Assembly (NCBI GenBank): GCA_036785375.1 | Contig: JAWMAR010000070.1 | Location: 4,588,001 to 4,652,000 of the forward strand | DNA from: Leucoraja ocellata | Lineage: Eukaryota | DNA: 64,000 nucleotides | Reading direction: 5' to 3' | Shown: one piece after another, positions 23,101-36,600 of the stretch | How the letters are laid out: each line of letters opens with the position of its first letter | Position numbering within the stretch: the first letter of the stretch is position 1 | Program-made: the position numbers and the translations under genes | Notes under the pieces: generated by a model | Databases searched by the model: none | Told to the model about the DNA's origin: nothing | What the model saw: the letters and a program-made list of their open reading frames with translations, nothing else

Positions 23101-26100
23101 AGTCCACACCGACTTGAGATCACCGGTCACACTAGTTCTATGTTGTTCCACTTTCCCATTCGCTCGCTACACACAATTCTACAATACCGGCATTCACGCA
23201 CCTCAATAGTGCAACTCTAGATGGGTGACCAAGCGTAGACCCGGAGAAACATGACATGAGTCTCCAGAACTCAACGGACTGCGTTCGGTCCTCCCGGAGC
23301 ACGCCAGCCCATTCCCCGCCCACACCTCAGGGATCACCCCCCCCCCCCCCCCCCCCCCTCCCCACCTCTCTCTCTCACCCTTCCTCTGACCCGTCAATGC
23401 GCCACATCTTTCCATCTCCACCGCTTTTTGCTTTCCGAAGAGATCATTCCCTCAGCAACTCCCTGGTCAACTCGTCCTTTCCCACCCGAACCACCCGTGC
23501 CCAGGTACCTTCCCCGACAACTGCAGCGGATGCAACACCTGTCCCTATACCTCCTCCGTCCATTCCGTCCAAGGACTCCAGCAGTCTTGTCAGGTGAGGC
23601 AGAGGTTCACTTGCATCTCCTCTAGCCTCATCTATTCTATCCGCTGTTCCAGGTGTGAACAAGCAGATTCAGTAGATGGGAGACCAATAATATATGTACA
23701 ACTGAAACATAACATCCCAAATTCTATTTTGAGGGACAACATTGTCCACGCGTTGGGTGATATTTATATGGAACCTGCTTCCAGAGGAAGTTGTTGAGGC
23801 AGTTGGAATAACAGCATTTAAAATACATTTTGGACAGTTGCGTAGATTGGGATCATTGCGAGAGATAAATGAGAAACGTGGACATATGGAAATGGTCCAG
23901 AAAGACATGTTGGTCGGCATGAATGAGCTGTTGTGATGGGCATCTTTCGGTTCTGTATAACTCTAACCTTCTTCGGTTTCTGGGCTTCGCACACTCACAG
24001 AGATGTAGATGAGCCGGTGAGATATCAACCGGACGGTTCGTGCTGAGATAAAGGGCTGCTGAGAATTATCAAGTGTTTGGTTTTTAACTGTTCATACAGG
24101 TGACTGAATGTTTGCTCCATTCCCACAGAACCCGTGTCCGCTCCTGTGCTCAGATATCTGTCACCAGCAAATGCCTCACGTCTCGGAGGCTCAGTGTCAG
24201 TGTCGTGTGAGTCTGTCCGTGGATCCCTTCCCATCAATTACACATGGTGTGAGAAGAACGAGGATGTGTCTTTAACGATCTTGTCTGGCAATCAACTGGA
24301 TCTGAGTTGTGAAATCCTCGCCGGCCAACAACGTCAATATTACTGCACAGCCTCAAATAATCATGGGACAAAACCCAGTGAAATACTCAACGTGAAAGTC
24401 TTCAAAGGAGCAGGAACGTGCAGTTATGTGACAGAAATGAACAATGCAGGTGAGTGTTAACTCATTCACCCTTGGGTGAACCATTCACCGGTTTAAGAAG
24501 CACTGGCCTAGGCCACAGTTTCGCTGAACACTTGTGCTTGGTCTGTCATGACCCAGAATCGCGCTTGAAAGACACCCCATCCTCAACCTCCCCCGCTGAT
24601 GCAGAGCAGCAGCAGTTTGCACCATCTGCACGATGCACTGCAGCAACTCACCAAGACTCCCTAGACAGCGCCTTCCAATTGCAACAGGCTCCGTGTTCAA
24701 TGCATTATTTTTCACCATTCACACCCACATTGGCTGGAAAGCGCTTTGGAACGACCTGTGCAGGTGGTGAGGGACAGTGTACAGTATCTGTCTCTCATCG
24801 CAATCTAGGTGGAATTCAACACAGCTAAGAAAATGATTGGGCGGACTCCCTTGTATACTAGAATGTGTATGTTTGTGAAAGGCTAATTTTCCTCTTCAAT
24901 TTATCAAAGATGCTTCCTTTAGTTTCAGGTGCACTATGGGCTGAGAGCGAAGTAAGAGGGGTTGTGGGAAGAGCGATCACAATCGATTGTCACTATGCAG
25001 CAGTGTACGGCTCACACACAAAATACTGGTGCCGCGGGACAAGTCGCCAGTGTACACATGTGGGTGAAACAAATGGGAAGAGCGGAAGAACGTCAATCAC
25101 AGATAACCCGGCACGAGGAATATTTACTGTGACTGTGGAGGATCTTCACTCTGGAGATACAGGATGGTACAAATGTGGAATTACTGCACCTGGCGAACCA
25201 ACATTTAAAGTACATCTCCAAGTATCTGAAGGTAGGTTTCTCAATGAGTGACTTTATGTCTCCACTTTGGCAACTCATAAAACATTTGTTAGGTGGGAAT
25301 CTGGTGCACAGTTCTGGTCGCCGCTTTATAAAACAAACGATGTGGAAGGTTTGGAGAGGTTACAGAAAAGGTTCACCGGGATGTTTAGTTGTAGTTTACA
25401 AATGCAACATGGAAACGGATCCTTCGGCCCACCGAGTCCACACCGACTAGCGATCACCGGTCACACTAGTTCTATGTTATTCCACTTTCCCATTCGCTCC
25501 CTACACACAATTCTACAATACCGCCATTCACACACCTCATTAGTGCAACAGTATCACCATCAACAATTTTATACAAGGAAATAAAAAAGTTGTTGAGAGT
25601 GATACTGTTGCACTAATGAGGTGTTTGAATATTGGTATTGTAGAATTGTGGCAGAGTTTCAGATTTCAAATACTGCGGATTCTGGAAATATTAAACAAAT
25701 AGAGATGGTGCTGCTGTGTACTGGTCCAGTGGCTGACATGGTAGTTATTTCAGAGGGGCAGCATCCTTGTTGCTTTCAATGTCTAGCAGTGTTGCATAAA
25801 CAATGCTCCCTTTTCCTGCTGGTAATTCCTGAAATGTATAAGAGAATCCAAGATGTGTCTGATGATTTGTCTGATTTGTGTTCAGTTTTAGTTGGATAGG
25901 GTGCAGAATAGATTTACAAGGATGTTGCGATGACTTGATGGCCCGACTTCGAGGGACGGGTTATAGACAATAGACAATAGACAATAGAAAATTGAGCAGA
26001 CTAGGCCATTATTTCTTGGAGCGCAGTAGGAAGAAGGATGATCTTATGGCAGCTACAAAATCATGTGATGAATAGATCGAGTAAATGCACACAGTCTTTT

Positions 26101-29100
26101 GCCCCGAGTAGGGGAATCGAGAACCAGAGGACATAGTTTTAAGATGAGGGGGGAATGATTTAACAAGAACCTGGGGAGTAACGTTTTTACACAAAGGTTG
26201 GTAGGTATATGAAACAAACAGCCGACAGATGTAGTTATGGCAGGTACTATCACAACATTTAAGAATAATTTGGACAGGTACATGAATAGTATAGGTTTAG
26301 AGGGTTAAGGGCCAAGCAAGGGCAGGTGGAACTAGTGCAGATTGGGCGTGTTGGTCAGTGCGGGCAGGTTTGACTGAAGGGCCTGTTTCTACACTGTACG
26401 ACTCTGTGATTCTATGTAGATGGATGGATCAGATTCCAACCTGGCGGCTCTGGCTAAGATACAGAGATGGTGGATATTGGCGAGTGTTTGATTTTCAGAT
26501 GTTCACTCAGTGTCTGACTGTTTGCTCCTTTCCCACAGAACCCGTGTCTGTTCCTGTGCTTGGATTTCTGTCACCAGCCGATGTCTCCTGTCTCGGGGGC
26601 TCAGTGACAGTGTCCTGTGAGTCGGTCCATGGATCGCTTCCCATTAACTACACCTGGTATGAAAATACCCCATCTGGGGATTCGAAGATCTCAGACAACA
26701 ATGCTCTAGATCTACATTGTCAATCCTTCAAACACCAGCACCATCAATATTATTGCACAGCCTCAAATCAACATGGATCAAAATCCAGTGAAATGGTCAA
26801 CATGTCCATCTCCAGCAGTGACGTGCCCTGCAGTTTCCTGGTGAAAATCAACGGCACTGGTAAGTAGTGAAGGGAATGGGGAGAAGCAGGGGAAGTGGGG
26901 GTGGGGTGGTTCATAAAATCACAAGTGATAGAAGCAGAAACAGACCATTCAATCATGGCTGATCTATCTTCCCCTCTTCACCCCATTCTCCTGCCTTCTC
27001 CCCAAACCCCCGACACTCTGAAATCCATGCACATTATTTAATTAATTTATCAAGATTAAAATGATGGAGTTATGGCCCATTTGTCAATACTTTATTGCTG
27101 GGCTCCAGAAACAGATTCCCCAGTGCTGGTGTAGGCCAGCTCCCCGGCTAGAACTTCCTCTTATGTTTACACAGCTGTAAACTAGGTTTGCAGTAACATC
27201 AGTCCAAGCACTTTCACTTTCCATCATCTCCACATGACCGACACTCAAATATGGGAAGGGAACAGAAATTATCCGTAAATGTGGCCACAGTTAACTTCTA
27301 GACTATCAGATTTGGTCCACTGTGTTACCATTAAGTACCATCGATACTTATCCCATTTTTACCAGCCGCTCACCCATAGTCTTCTTAGATTTGGCAATTC
27401 AAGTGCCCTCACCATCTCGGTTTAAAAATATTTCTTGCTCTGATACCCTCCAAATATTCTACTGCTCAACCCAACCCTATGTTCCCCATTTCTATGCAAT
27501 CAGCTGTGCTGATTTCCCACGAAATACCCTATCTATGTTCCTCATAGTTTTGCACACCTGCAATAGCTTCCTCATTCCTCTCCTGTGTGGAATAAAAATC
27601 CCATCTATCCAGTTTAGTTTAGAGATCCAGCGTGGAAGCAGCTGCCTTTCACCGGTACACAAATTCTACAATTAGGGACAATTCTAAACTAAGGGACAAT
27701 TTAAAGAACCCAATTAACCTACAAACCTACACGTCTTTAGTCTAGAGATACAGCGCGGAAACGAGCCTTTTGGCCCACCGGGTCCGCGCCGACCAGCAAG
27801 GACCCGCCGACCTGAGATCCATCCCCACATATTAACACCATCCTACACCCACTAGGGATCATTTTTACATTTACCAAACCAATGTAACCTACAAACCTGC
27901 ACGTCTTTGGAGTGTGGGAGGAAACTGAAGATCTCGGCGAAAACCCACGCAGGTCACGGGGAGAACGTACACACTCTGTATAGACAGCACTCGCAGTCGG
28001 GATCGAACTTGGGCTGCATTCGTTGGCAGCTACGCTACCAATGCGCTGCCGTATTGTTGGCGACCTGAGTTGTAACCAGTGCTCCAGCTTATCTTGACAA
28101 CATCTCCCATTTGCTGCAAATTACAACGAAGAAACATTGCCCTGTCTATTAAGCCTATAAACTCTTTACATCGGACAATCATGCTCTCTTGTTCAACTGC
28201 AAGCAAAAAGCAGTGAAACTGATTTTTATTTCCTTGTTCCAACAGGACCTGAATATTCTTGTGAAACTTCGAAAGGATCCGAAGATTCTTCAAGGTAAAC
28301 TACTCTGTTTCCAATGAAAGGTGCTATGTACTAATTGCTGGTGTTTTGATTGGGATTGCTTCAATTGGGAGAATTGGGAGAGTTGTGTCTTCTGTTCACT
28401 GGCATTAAAGGCCAGTTGGAGTATTGATCTGAATACACAGTGACACAGCCAGTAGAATCACAGCCTCACAATGCCAGGACACTGATCTTATGACCTTATT
28501 CTATAATAATATAAGTATATAATTTGAAACCAGATAATACTTAACAAATCAGAAGGGAAATTGCACTGGTTTACATCTCATTGTGTTGTGTATATGCTTG
28601 GGTGATAAGGACAAGTTCCTCCATTTGTTGCCCTTCAGAGGGCGTTCCCTGCGGTATTCACCATAACATCTCCATCACTAACCTCATCCCATGGTGTGAG
28701 ATGAGTATAGTTGTCAAACCCAAGTATTGTTGCTTTGCCTTGCTGTGACCTGCTTTAGTGTGATACTGATAGGAAAATGCATAGTGAATTATGGGCTAAA
28801 ACACCACCTTTGATATCACTTATGGCAACACCTTGCTGAGTTGGTCAAAGTCTCAATGTCAGTCACTCCAACAGCAGGAAGTGTCTCCATCTAGAACGTG
28901 ACCCTGGGAGGGAGGCACGTTAGGTCACACTGCTGACCTTGAGATGGTTATGGTGAGCCACCTTCTGGATATGTTGAAGGTTTGTAGGTTAATTGACTTC
29001 TGTAAATTGTCTCTAATGTTTAGCGTAGATCTAGTATATAGGGATTGCTGGCCGATGAAGACTTGGTGTGCCGAAAAGCCTGTTTCCATGCTGTACCTCT

Positions 29101-30786
29101 AAACTAAACTAAACTAAATCAAACTCAGCTGAACTAAACTAAACTAATCATTGCAAACAAGTGTTTAACAGTTCCCACGCATCTTTCCTTAATGGTTGGA
29201 CGCAATTGCTCTTCAACCAATTTCACGATCGTTGGCCAATGTCACCTTACTGTGAGCAGATTAGTTGCTGCATTACCCACCGAAACAGACTCTTCATTTC
29301 GTTTGCTTCACACTTCAAAAAAATCATGAAAGGTGCCGTATAAATGCTTGACTTGTGTTCTTTACTGAAGGCCAAGAATCAATGATGAGCCATACCTCAC
29401 CCTTCCCTATTCTCTGTCTGACAGGATCATTTACATAGTTGCGTCTGGTGTCACTGTGCTTCTCCTGATTCTCATCATTGCCTTCTTTTGGTACCGAAAG
29501 CGTAAAACCAAGGGTGAGTTTTTGATTTCCCTTAAATAATTTCACAATACATGCCTCGGTTCCTTGCAGAATGTCAAGAGATTTAATTATGTTCTAATCA
29601 ACAAATGCCCTGCATTAAAGTAATAAAGTGTAGGAGGAAGCATGAATGATCAATAATGCTATCATGTTTGATGCTATCATTGTGAGTCGGTGACAATAAA
29701 TGTTGTTTTAACATCATTGCACAGAAACTGTCTGACCTTATATTTAGGAGTACCTCCAAAATAAAAGGTCTTCCACACAACACGTAGATGTTTCTGTGTG
29801 TTGGAAGGAACTGCCGATGCTGGTTTACAATGAAGATAAACACAAAATGCTCAAACAATTCAGCGGGTCAGGGTGCGCCTCTCCAGAAGAGGAATGGGTG
29901 AGGTTTAGAGTCGAGACCCTTCTTCAGACTGAGAGTCAGGGGAAAGGGAAATGAGAGATCTAGAAGGTACATAGAACAAATGAATGAAATATGTGAATGA
30001 ATGATGTTTAAACCTGTTCCTGATATGGCTCTATCGACATCATATTTTGCAGAATCCAAGTGCAATACATCACGCGGTGAAGACAACAATGAAACCCAGG
30101 TAAAAATGTGAAGTATAAATTCTCTGAGTGATGAAGAATATAGAACATTGAATTATCTGTGTTTACACAGGTCGTTTAGGAACACCAGTCCACTCCAGTT
30201 AAGAGATCCATTGCAGAAGCAGGTCCTTTGGCCCACAGAGTCCACGCCATCCGGAGAACCCTGCACACTAACACTATCCTACACACACTAGGGGCAATTT
30301 GCAATGATGCCAAACCATTTAACCTACAAAGCTGTTGTAGGCGCTGTCAGGCAACAACTCTACCGCTGCTCCACCATGCTGTGCTATCGTTGTGTTGTAA
30401 ACAGCAGCAAATAGCTTGTACTGTACACTGAACAACTATTTTGTAATAGACATCTGTTGAGGACCTATCAGCTCTATTAGGTTGTAAAATTGAATTTTGT
30501 TATATTTTAGGAAATGACAGCGTTGGAAGGGACCGACATTTATGCAAATCTGCAGCAACCTGGAAACAACAGGGCAGGTGGCCATTTGGATAACAATGAA
30601 GGTGGAATCACGTATGCAGTGGTGAATTGTCAAAGGAAGTCGAGATCAAGGGAGCATGTGACTGACAACGCTGTCGTCTACGCAGATGTCAATTTTCATC
30701 GCAACTGCCCAAAGGGCAATCGGAAACCCCACTCTACTGGGACTCCAGAGAACACTGAGTCAATCTATGCCTCTGTTGTTTCTTAG
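14139..30786 (+). CDS. Gene B (complete): 10-Ig-domain CD300/pIgR-like inhibitory receptor, leader-(V-C2)x5-stalk-TM-ITIM tail, about 1220 aa
   Basis: 15 exons sum to 3663 nt using the distal V acceptors, with no in-frame stop seen; all Ig exons are phase 1-1. Confidence 0.85.
15267..15584 (+). CDS. Gene B exon V1 (N-terminal CD300-like V domain)
   Basis: cctcag/tttcag tandem acceptors (15261 or 15267); GAC G|gtacgt; IDCHY, KYWC-x6-C, DTGWYRC. Confidence 0.9.
15913..15986. repeat. Perfect 35-bp inverted repeat with a 4-nt GAGA loop
   Basis: aaccgtccagttgatatctcaccggctcatctaca-gaga-tgtagatgagccggtgagatatcaactggacggtt. Confidence 0.95.
16077..16397 (+). CDS. Gene B exon C2-1
   Basis: tcacag|AA CCA...GCA G|gtgagt; 321 nt. 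Confidence 0.88.
16877..17182 (+). CDS. Gene B exon V2 (chimeric V)
   Basis: tttcag|GC GCA CTG...GAC G|gtacgt; 306 nt. Confidence 0.88.
17380..18230 (+). mobile_element. Degenerate Penelope-like element fragment (GIY-YIG region and 3' repeat); related pieces at about 21180-21515, 23220-23690, 38700-39500, 40200-40740, 43850-44860
   Basis: Translates piecewise to QRFTC...IRCSRC...ETKRRLGDRFAEH...HLIFRLGSL. Confidence 0.7.
19172..19489 (+). CDS. Gene B exon C2-2
   Basis: cccacag|AA TCA...ACA G|gtgagt; 318 nt. Confidence 0.88.
20538..20849 (+). CDS. Gene B exon V3
   Basis: tttcag|GT GCA CTG...GAA G|gtaggt; 312 nt (alternative acceptor 20532). Confidence 0.88.
21291..21384 (+). repeat. Poly-C-rich tract (shorter tracts at about 23337-23365, 43954-43977, 59151-59186; poly-G at 53417-53441)
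   Basis: Seen directly in the sequence. Confidence 0.9.
21962..22282 (+). CDS. Gene B exon C2-3
   Basis: cccacag|AA CCC...GCA G|gtgagt; 321 nt. Confidence 0.88.
22587..22898 (+). CDS. Gene B exon V4
   Basis: tttcag|GT GCA...GAA G|gtaggt; 312 nt (alternative acceptor 22581). Confidence 0.88.
24129..24449 (+). CDS. Gene B exon C2-4
   Basis: cccacag|AA CCC...GCA G|gtgagt; 321 nt. Confidence 0.88.
24929..25231 (+). CDS. Gene B exon V5
   Basis: tttcag|GT GCA CTA...GAA G|gtaggt; 303 nt (alternative acceptor 24923). Confidence 0.88.
25745..25828 (-). pseudogene. Antisense ITIM exon relic (copy 2, internally deleted)
   Basis: tttcag|ELPAGKGSIVYATLLDIESNKDAAPLK*; about 200 bp deleted relative to copy 1. 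Confidence 0.6.
26539..26859 (+). CDS. Gene B exon C2-5 (membrane-proximal type)
   Basis: cccacag|AA CCC...ACT G|gtaagt; 321 nt. Confidence 0.88.
28246..28294 (+). CDS. Gene B stalk exon
   Basis: aacag|GA CCT GAA...AG|gtaaac; same sequence as the gene A stalk. Confidence 0.8.
29425..29513 (+). CDS. Gene B transmembrane exon
   Basis: gacag|G ATC ATT...G|gtgagt; uncharged TM. Confidence 0.9.
30053..30099 (+). CDS. Gene B cytoplasmic exon 1
   Basis: ttttgcag|AA TCC...CAG|gtaaaa. Confidence 0.8.
30511..30786 (+). CDS. Gene B terminal ITIM exon
   Basis: ttttag|GAA ATG...TAG; DIYANL, ITYAVV, VVYADV, SIYASV. Confidence 0.9.
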   Translation, partial: EMTALEGTDIYANLQQPGNNRAGGHLDNNEGGITYAVVNCQRKSRSREHVTDNAVVYADVNFHRNCPKGNRKPHSTGTPENTESIYASVVS

Positions 30787-32918
30787 GAGCTATTTTCAAT
30801 TCGGTGTGAGTTTTGGGCAATACTCGCTTCACCACTGTATTCAGATTACACTGCTTTAATCTGTTCTATACTTTGTCAAAGAAGGACACAAAATGCTGGA
30901 GTAACTCAGCAGGTCAGGCAGCATCTCTGGAGAAAATGGACAGGTGGCCTTTGAGGTTGGGACCCTTCTTCAGATGGTCTGTGGAAAGGTCCGGACCATA
31001 AATGGCACCAATCCATTTTCGCCAGAGATGTTTCTTGACCATCTGAGTTACTCTAGCATTTTGGGTTAGTCTTTGGTATAAACTGGCATCTTTTTATAGC
31101 TCTACTTTGTCAAACTCTTTCTGAATGGTTTTGTTCAATTCATCAAGTGTCATGGGTGATGGGGAGAAGGGAGGAGAGTGGTGTTTGGAGGGAGAGGTAA
31201 ATCAGCGATGATTGAATGGTGGAGTAGCCTTGATGGGTCAAATTGTCTGCTCCTATCACTAATGACCTTATGAATTCCATTCCCATCACCAATCTCTTTC
31301 ATCCGCAAGTATAATGAATGGGCCTAGACCATGCATACAAATGATAAAATGGCACTGCTTCCCATTCTTGTCATACCCACCCTCATTCCCTCCACCCACA
31401 AGTTCCCCAACCCTCCCATCATCATTCCTTGCAAGGGGCAGCCTAAACACATCACACCCCATTGTCTCTGGGCCAAAATATAATGTGTTCAAGTCCATAA
31501 AGGGGCAATGGATCAAGCAAGAACATGGGTTCAAGTGGATAGTGGGCTAAGTCAGAGATGCCCAAGATGCAGCAGACGTAAGTTCAATTGGAAATGTTGA
31601 TCTTTGCAGCATTGCTACAGGACCTCTTCTCAAATCTAGAGGTACTCTGTTAGAAAGATACAAAGTTCTTACAGAGCAGCAGAGTGCAGGTGAAGGGATG
31701 AGGTTTTCCTTGTCTCAATTATCCAAACGCAGTGAGGGGGGTTAAGTAGGGCCAAAGGGCCTGTTTCGGCGTTGTATGAATCTATGACTCCAATGCAATC
31801 TAGCCTGGGAACAATTGTTTCTTAGATATCAAAGGATCTATGGACATAGAACTAGTACAGGTTATTGTCATGATAATGGATAAGCTATGATTTTAATGCA
31901 TAGTGTCGTCATGAAGGACCTAGTGGGGCCTGACATATTTGTACATTAATTTTTTCACCCTACAATACACATTTATTTGTGTACAACACATTTCCAGTCA
32001 ATGCACCAACACATCAAAGGCCAACGTGCTATGGAATGAAACATTGAGTGTGAGCTGCATCTTGCTGGTGGCAACGTGCTTCCAGTTAATATGAGCAGTT
32101 GAGCAAAACACACAAAAAAAAACACTTCAGTGGGTCAAGCAGCATCTCTGAAAGGAAGTGGACAGATGACATTTCAGGCCAGGACCCTACTTCAGACTGG
32201 TGTTACTTTTCTCAGAATATGACTGCAGCAGAAATTCCCAAACAACCAATGTTCATAGGTTCATACGTTTTAGTGCAGAATTAGACCTTTCGGCCATTCA
32301 AGTCTACTCCACAATTCAATCATGGCTGATGTATCTTCCCCTCCCAACCCCATTCTACTGCCTTCTCGTTATAACCCCTGACACCCACACTGATAAGGAA
32401 TCTGTCAATATCTGCCTCAGATATATCCATTGACTTGGCATCTGCAGTTTTCTGGTAAAATAAATTCCACAGATTTACCACCTTCTAACGAACGAAATCT
32501 AGCCCATATCTCTCTAAACCTATCCTGTCCAGCGTCCCTCAGGTTCCTATTAAATCTTTGCCCCTCACCTTAAATCTATGTCCTCTGGTTCTCAAACTAT
32601 GTCCTCTGGTTCTCAGGTATTCAGCAAGAACATGTAGAATATAAGAATGTTAGCTCAGGGAGAGCACCTTGCCCTGGCAGGTCAGTGGGTTTCAGGTAGA
32701 ACACAGTGGCACAGCGGTAGAGTTGCTGCCTTACAGCGCCTGATACCCAGGTTCGATGCTGACTTCAGTTGCTGTTTGTATGGAATTTGTTCATTCCCCC
32801 TGTGTCCGGATAAGTTTTCTCTGGGTGCTCCAATTTCCTCCTACTCTACAAAGACATACAGGCCATCGACTTAACTTTGCAGTTTACTTGCCGGTTTGCA
32901 AGCACGAGTAGAGGAGGG

Positions 32919-33610
32919 TGGGGTTTTAAGAGTTAATGTGTACATAACAGATTGCAATTTGCGCGTGGTGAGTCTGCTTTACTTATTTAGAATTGCTAAC
33001 TAATAATGGTTTTGCAGAACTGCAAACGGTGTTATGACTAAAAAGGGAAGAGACCCGATACCAAATAGTACTGCAGAGAAAAACACATCTGTTCTAAACC
33101 GGTGCAGAAATGTGCTGATTGTGTGATTAACTGGACCCGTGCTACTCATGTATAAATATACTGCCTGTGCACAGAATAATTGAGTGGGACCGCGATGGGC
33201 AACGATTATGTAACCATACTCGTGGATGCTCTCCCACTCCCGCATGCGCAATAAAGGGCAATTGTTACATTCTTAAAATGTGGTTTGTTGTTTGATAGCG
33301 AGGATAGAAATTTAACATTGGTGTAGTTGGCAGGATCTCGCTGGGACCATCTCCGACGACTGAGTAAGCGGCTGCTGTCTGGCCGGGATCTCGAGGGGTG
33401 TGAGAAGTGCACTATCGGATCCATTAAGTCTTAACTCCCGAACGAGTTCCCGGGAAACCGCGGTCCCCGAGGTTGATCTGGCTTCCAGCCGAGATCCACA
33501 AGAACCAGAAGTAAGAGAAACATCGTTATAATCGACAAGGGGTAGGTTAATTGAACATTCAGACGAAGAAGAATGGGGTCTGTGTAAATTCAGATATTAA
33601 TTGGACACTC
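32919..33610 (+). mobile_element. Second copy of the ERV LTR-PBS(Ser) fragment (within the segmental duplication)
   Basis: PBS at 33319-33336; near-identical to 10097-10788. Confidence 0.75.
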
Positions 33611-36600
33611 CCATCGTAATTCCTTACAAGGGTCTGTCTAAGCACACCACAACTCATTGTCTCTGGGCTAAAATATTGTGGGTTCAAATCTGTAAAGAGG
33701 CAATGGATCAGCAAGAACATAGGTTCAAGTGGATAGTGGGTTAAGGCAGATAAGCCCAAGACGTAAAATGATCGTAAAACCTAGGTAAGTGGCCTCATTG
33801 AAACTTGGTCTAGTGTGGATTTTACCTGCCTCAGTGACCAGTTGCAAATAAAATGATCTTAATTGAGCCCATCCCTAGATAGTGTCTAGCTAAGGGGAAA
33901 TGGGGAGTTGGATGGGAGTAATGTAGCGTGGAACTGCAGAACTATTCATAGCTTTTATAGCCTATTAGTGCAAGAAGTGAGTCAAGTGTGTTTTATTGTC
34001 ATACAGTATGTACTTGCAGCAGCACAACAGAGTAATATACATGAATTCCTTTACCTTTTGTACTCACTGAGAATGCAAGTTGGAGGTAGGAGTGGAAGGT
34101 AATGTAGATGTGGTTGTGTAAAAGGCACTGAATGGTTTGTATCTGAGGGCATCAAGCCCAGGACATGTGTAACCAAAGTTGGCCAATTTGTAATTAAAAT
34201 ATTTTTTTCTGAAAACAAGCCCGGAGTCCATGTGAAATGTTCCCGTCTACAACATCCCTCCCCAGTAAATGAGCACATGACCTACGAGCAGCTCAGTGCC
34301 AACTGGTAGAGTACGTCACTGCCTGAACTGCAAGTTTCTGGGTGAGATCCGAAACCAAGAAGATTCAACTGTCATGACCACAGAAACCATCCCACAAAAA
34401 AAGGCCATTTCTGTAGCAGAAGTAAGTTCGATTGGAAATGCTGGTCTTAGCAGCATTGCTACATGACCTCGTCTCAACTCTAGAGGTTCAAAATATACAA
34501 AGTTGTTTCAGAACAGGAGAGTGCAGGTGAAGGGATGAGGTATTCCTTGGCTCAATTGTCCAGATGCATTCAGGAGGGGTAAGTTGGGCCGAAGGGCATG
34601 TTTCTGCGTTGTGTGACTCTATGACTCCAATACAATCTAGCCTGGGAACAATTGTTTGTTAGATATTACGGGATCTATGGAAGTAGAACTAATATTGGAT
34701 ATTGACATGATGAAGGATAAGCTATGATTGTAATGCGTCGTGTAGTTATGAAGGACCGAATGGAGCCTGACATATTTGTTCCTTAATTTGTTCACCCAAA
34801 AATACATTTGATTTGAACACATTTCCAGTCAGTGTGCAAACACATCAAAGGCCAACGTGCTATGTAAATAAAATGTTAGGTGCTGAGTCAAATGTGTGAG
34901 CTGCATCTTGCTGTGGTCAACGTGCGTCCTGTTAAAATGAGCAGTGAGCAAAACACAAAAAAAAAACACTTCAGTGGGTCAAACAGCATCGTTGAAAGGA
35001 AATGGACAGTTGACATTTCAGGTCAGGACCCTACTACAGACTGGTGTTATTTTTCTCAGAATATGACGGCAGCAGAAACCCACAAACATACAATGTGCAT
35101 AGGTTCATAAGTTCTACGTGCAGAATTAGGCTTTTCAGCCCATCAAGTCTATTCCGCCATTCCTTCATGGCTGATCTATCTACCCCTCTCAACTCCATTC
35201 ACCTTGCTTCACCCATAACCCCTGACTCCCAAACTAATCAGGAATATGCCAATCTCTGCCTAAAAAAATATTAATTGAATTGCCCTCCATGGTCGTCTAT
35301 TGAAATAAATTCCACAAATTCACCACCCTCTGACTAAGGAAATTTGGCCCATATCATTCTAAATCCTGTCCAACTTCCTTCAAGTTCCTATCAAATCTTT
35401 TTCCCCTCACCCTAAACCAATGTCCTCAGCTTCTCCAACTATGTCCTCTGGTTCTCAAGTATTCAGTAAGAACATGTAGAGTATAAGAATGTTAGCTCAG
35501 GGAGTGCACCTTGCCCTCGCAGGTCAGTTGGATTCAGGTAGAACATAGTGGCACAATGGTAGAATTACTGCAGTACAGCGCCTGAGACAAAGGTGCGATG
35601 CTGACCTCGGGTGTCTATGTGGAGCTTGTACGTTCTCCTTGTGTCCGCATGGGTTTTCTCTGGGTGCTCCGTCTTCCACCCACACTCCAAAGACATACAG
35701 ATTTGTAGGTTGATTTGCACAGTGAAGTGTATACGGGGTGAACACTGGTAGGCGCGGACTCGGTGGGCCGAAGAGCCTGTTTCCACGCTTGTTTGTATTT
35801 ATTTAAATTTGTCTTGCCAACTGCACACTACAGAAGTAGATGGATAACAGAACGAAATCGTTGCAGCAGATGTACAAAGTCAGCAAATGACATGTACATG
35901 AACACGACCCTGATCATTTATTAGCTCTGAATTGCAAAGACAAGTTACCAATTCAATTCACCGTGCATATTCTACCTTGCTTTAACTTCACTAAGTGTAT
36001 CACTTCACCCTTGTTTGAGTTACATTACACATGTCAGTTACATTCCACATCCCGCTTTCCCAGCTGATCTCCATCCTGTGGTAATTCTAGACAAACTTCT
36101 TCACAGTCCACTACACCATTAATTGTCATTTTCAAAACGTGAATATCATGACAATAGTGTTTCAAAGTTGAAGCAGAGAGGAGAGGGACAAACTCCAATT
36201 AACCTCAGCTGATTTCAGGTGAAAATCCCCTAGTTCCTCCCACCAGCTTCCTGTTTTGCCCCTAATCAACAGCGATATGCCACAACAAAAGTTTCAATTA
36301 TTATATTTTTGATCTGCCGGTCCACGTACAAAATCATCAAGAGGGAATGATCCGGAAGTGTACACATCTTAGACGTTTCTACTCTTCTCAATGTCATATT
36401 TTATGCAACGTCTCATTGTTTACATGAGGGGTCCCGACCCAAGACGTCACCTATCCACTTTCTCCAGAGGTGCTGCCTGGCCCTCAGAGTTGCTCCTCCA
36501 TTTTTTTTGTCTGTCATTATTCCCACCACCGTTCAGTGTTAACAGTATTTGAGTACAGAGATAACCGCCGCTCCATCCCTACGGATACATCATACCTGAC

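Noticed and set aside
23505-23593. Apparent mucin-like cassette exon (VPSPTTAADATPVPIPP...) with AG/GT ends; similar sequence at about 39148 and 44131
   Set aside because: An alternative frame of Penelope sequence. At 89 nt it would frameshift between phase-1 Ig exons, the P/T-rich frame is not the one entered from the V exon, and the donor is lost in the 39148 copy.
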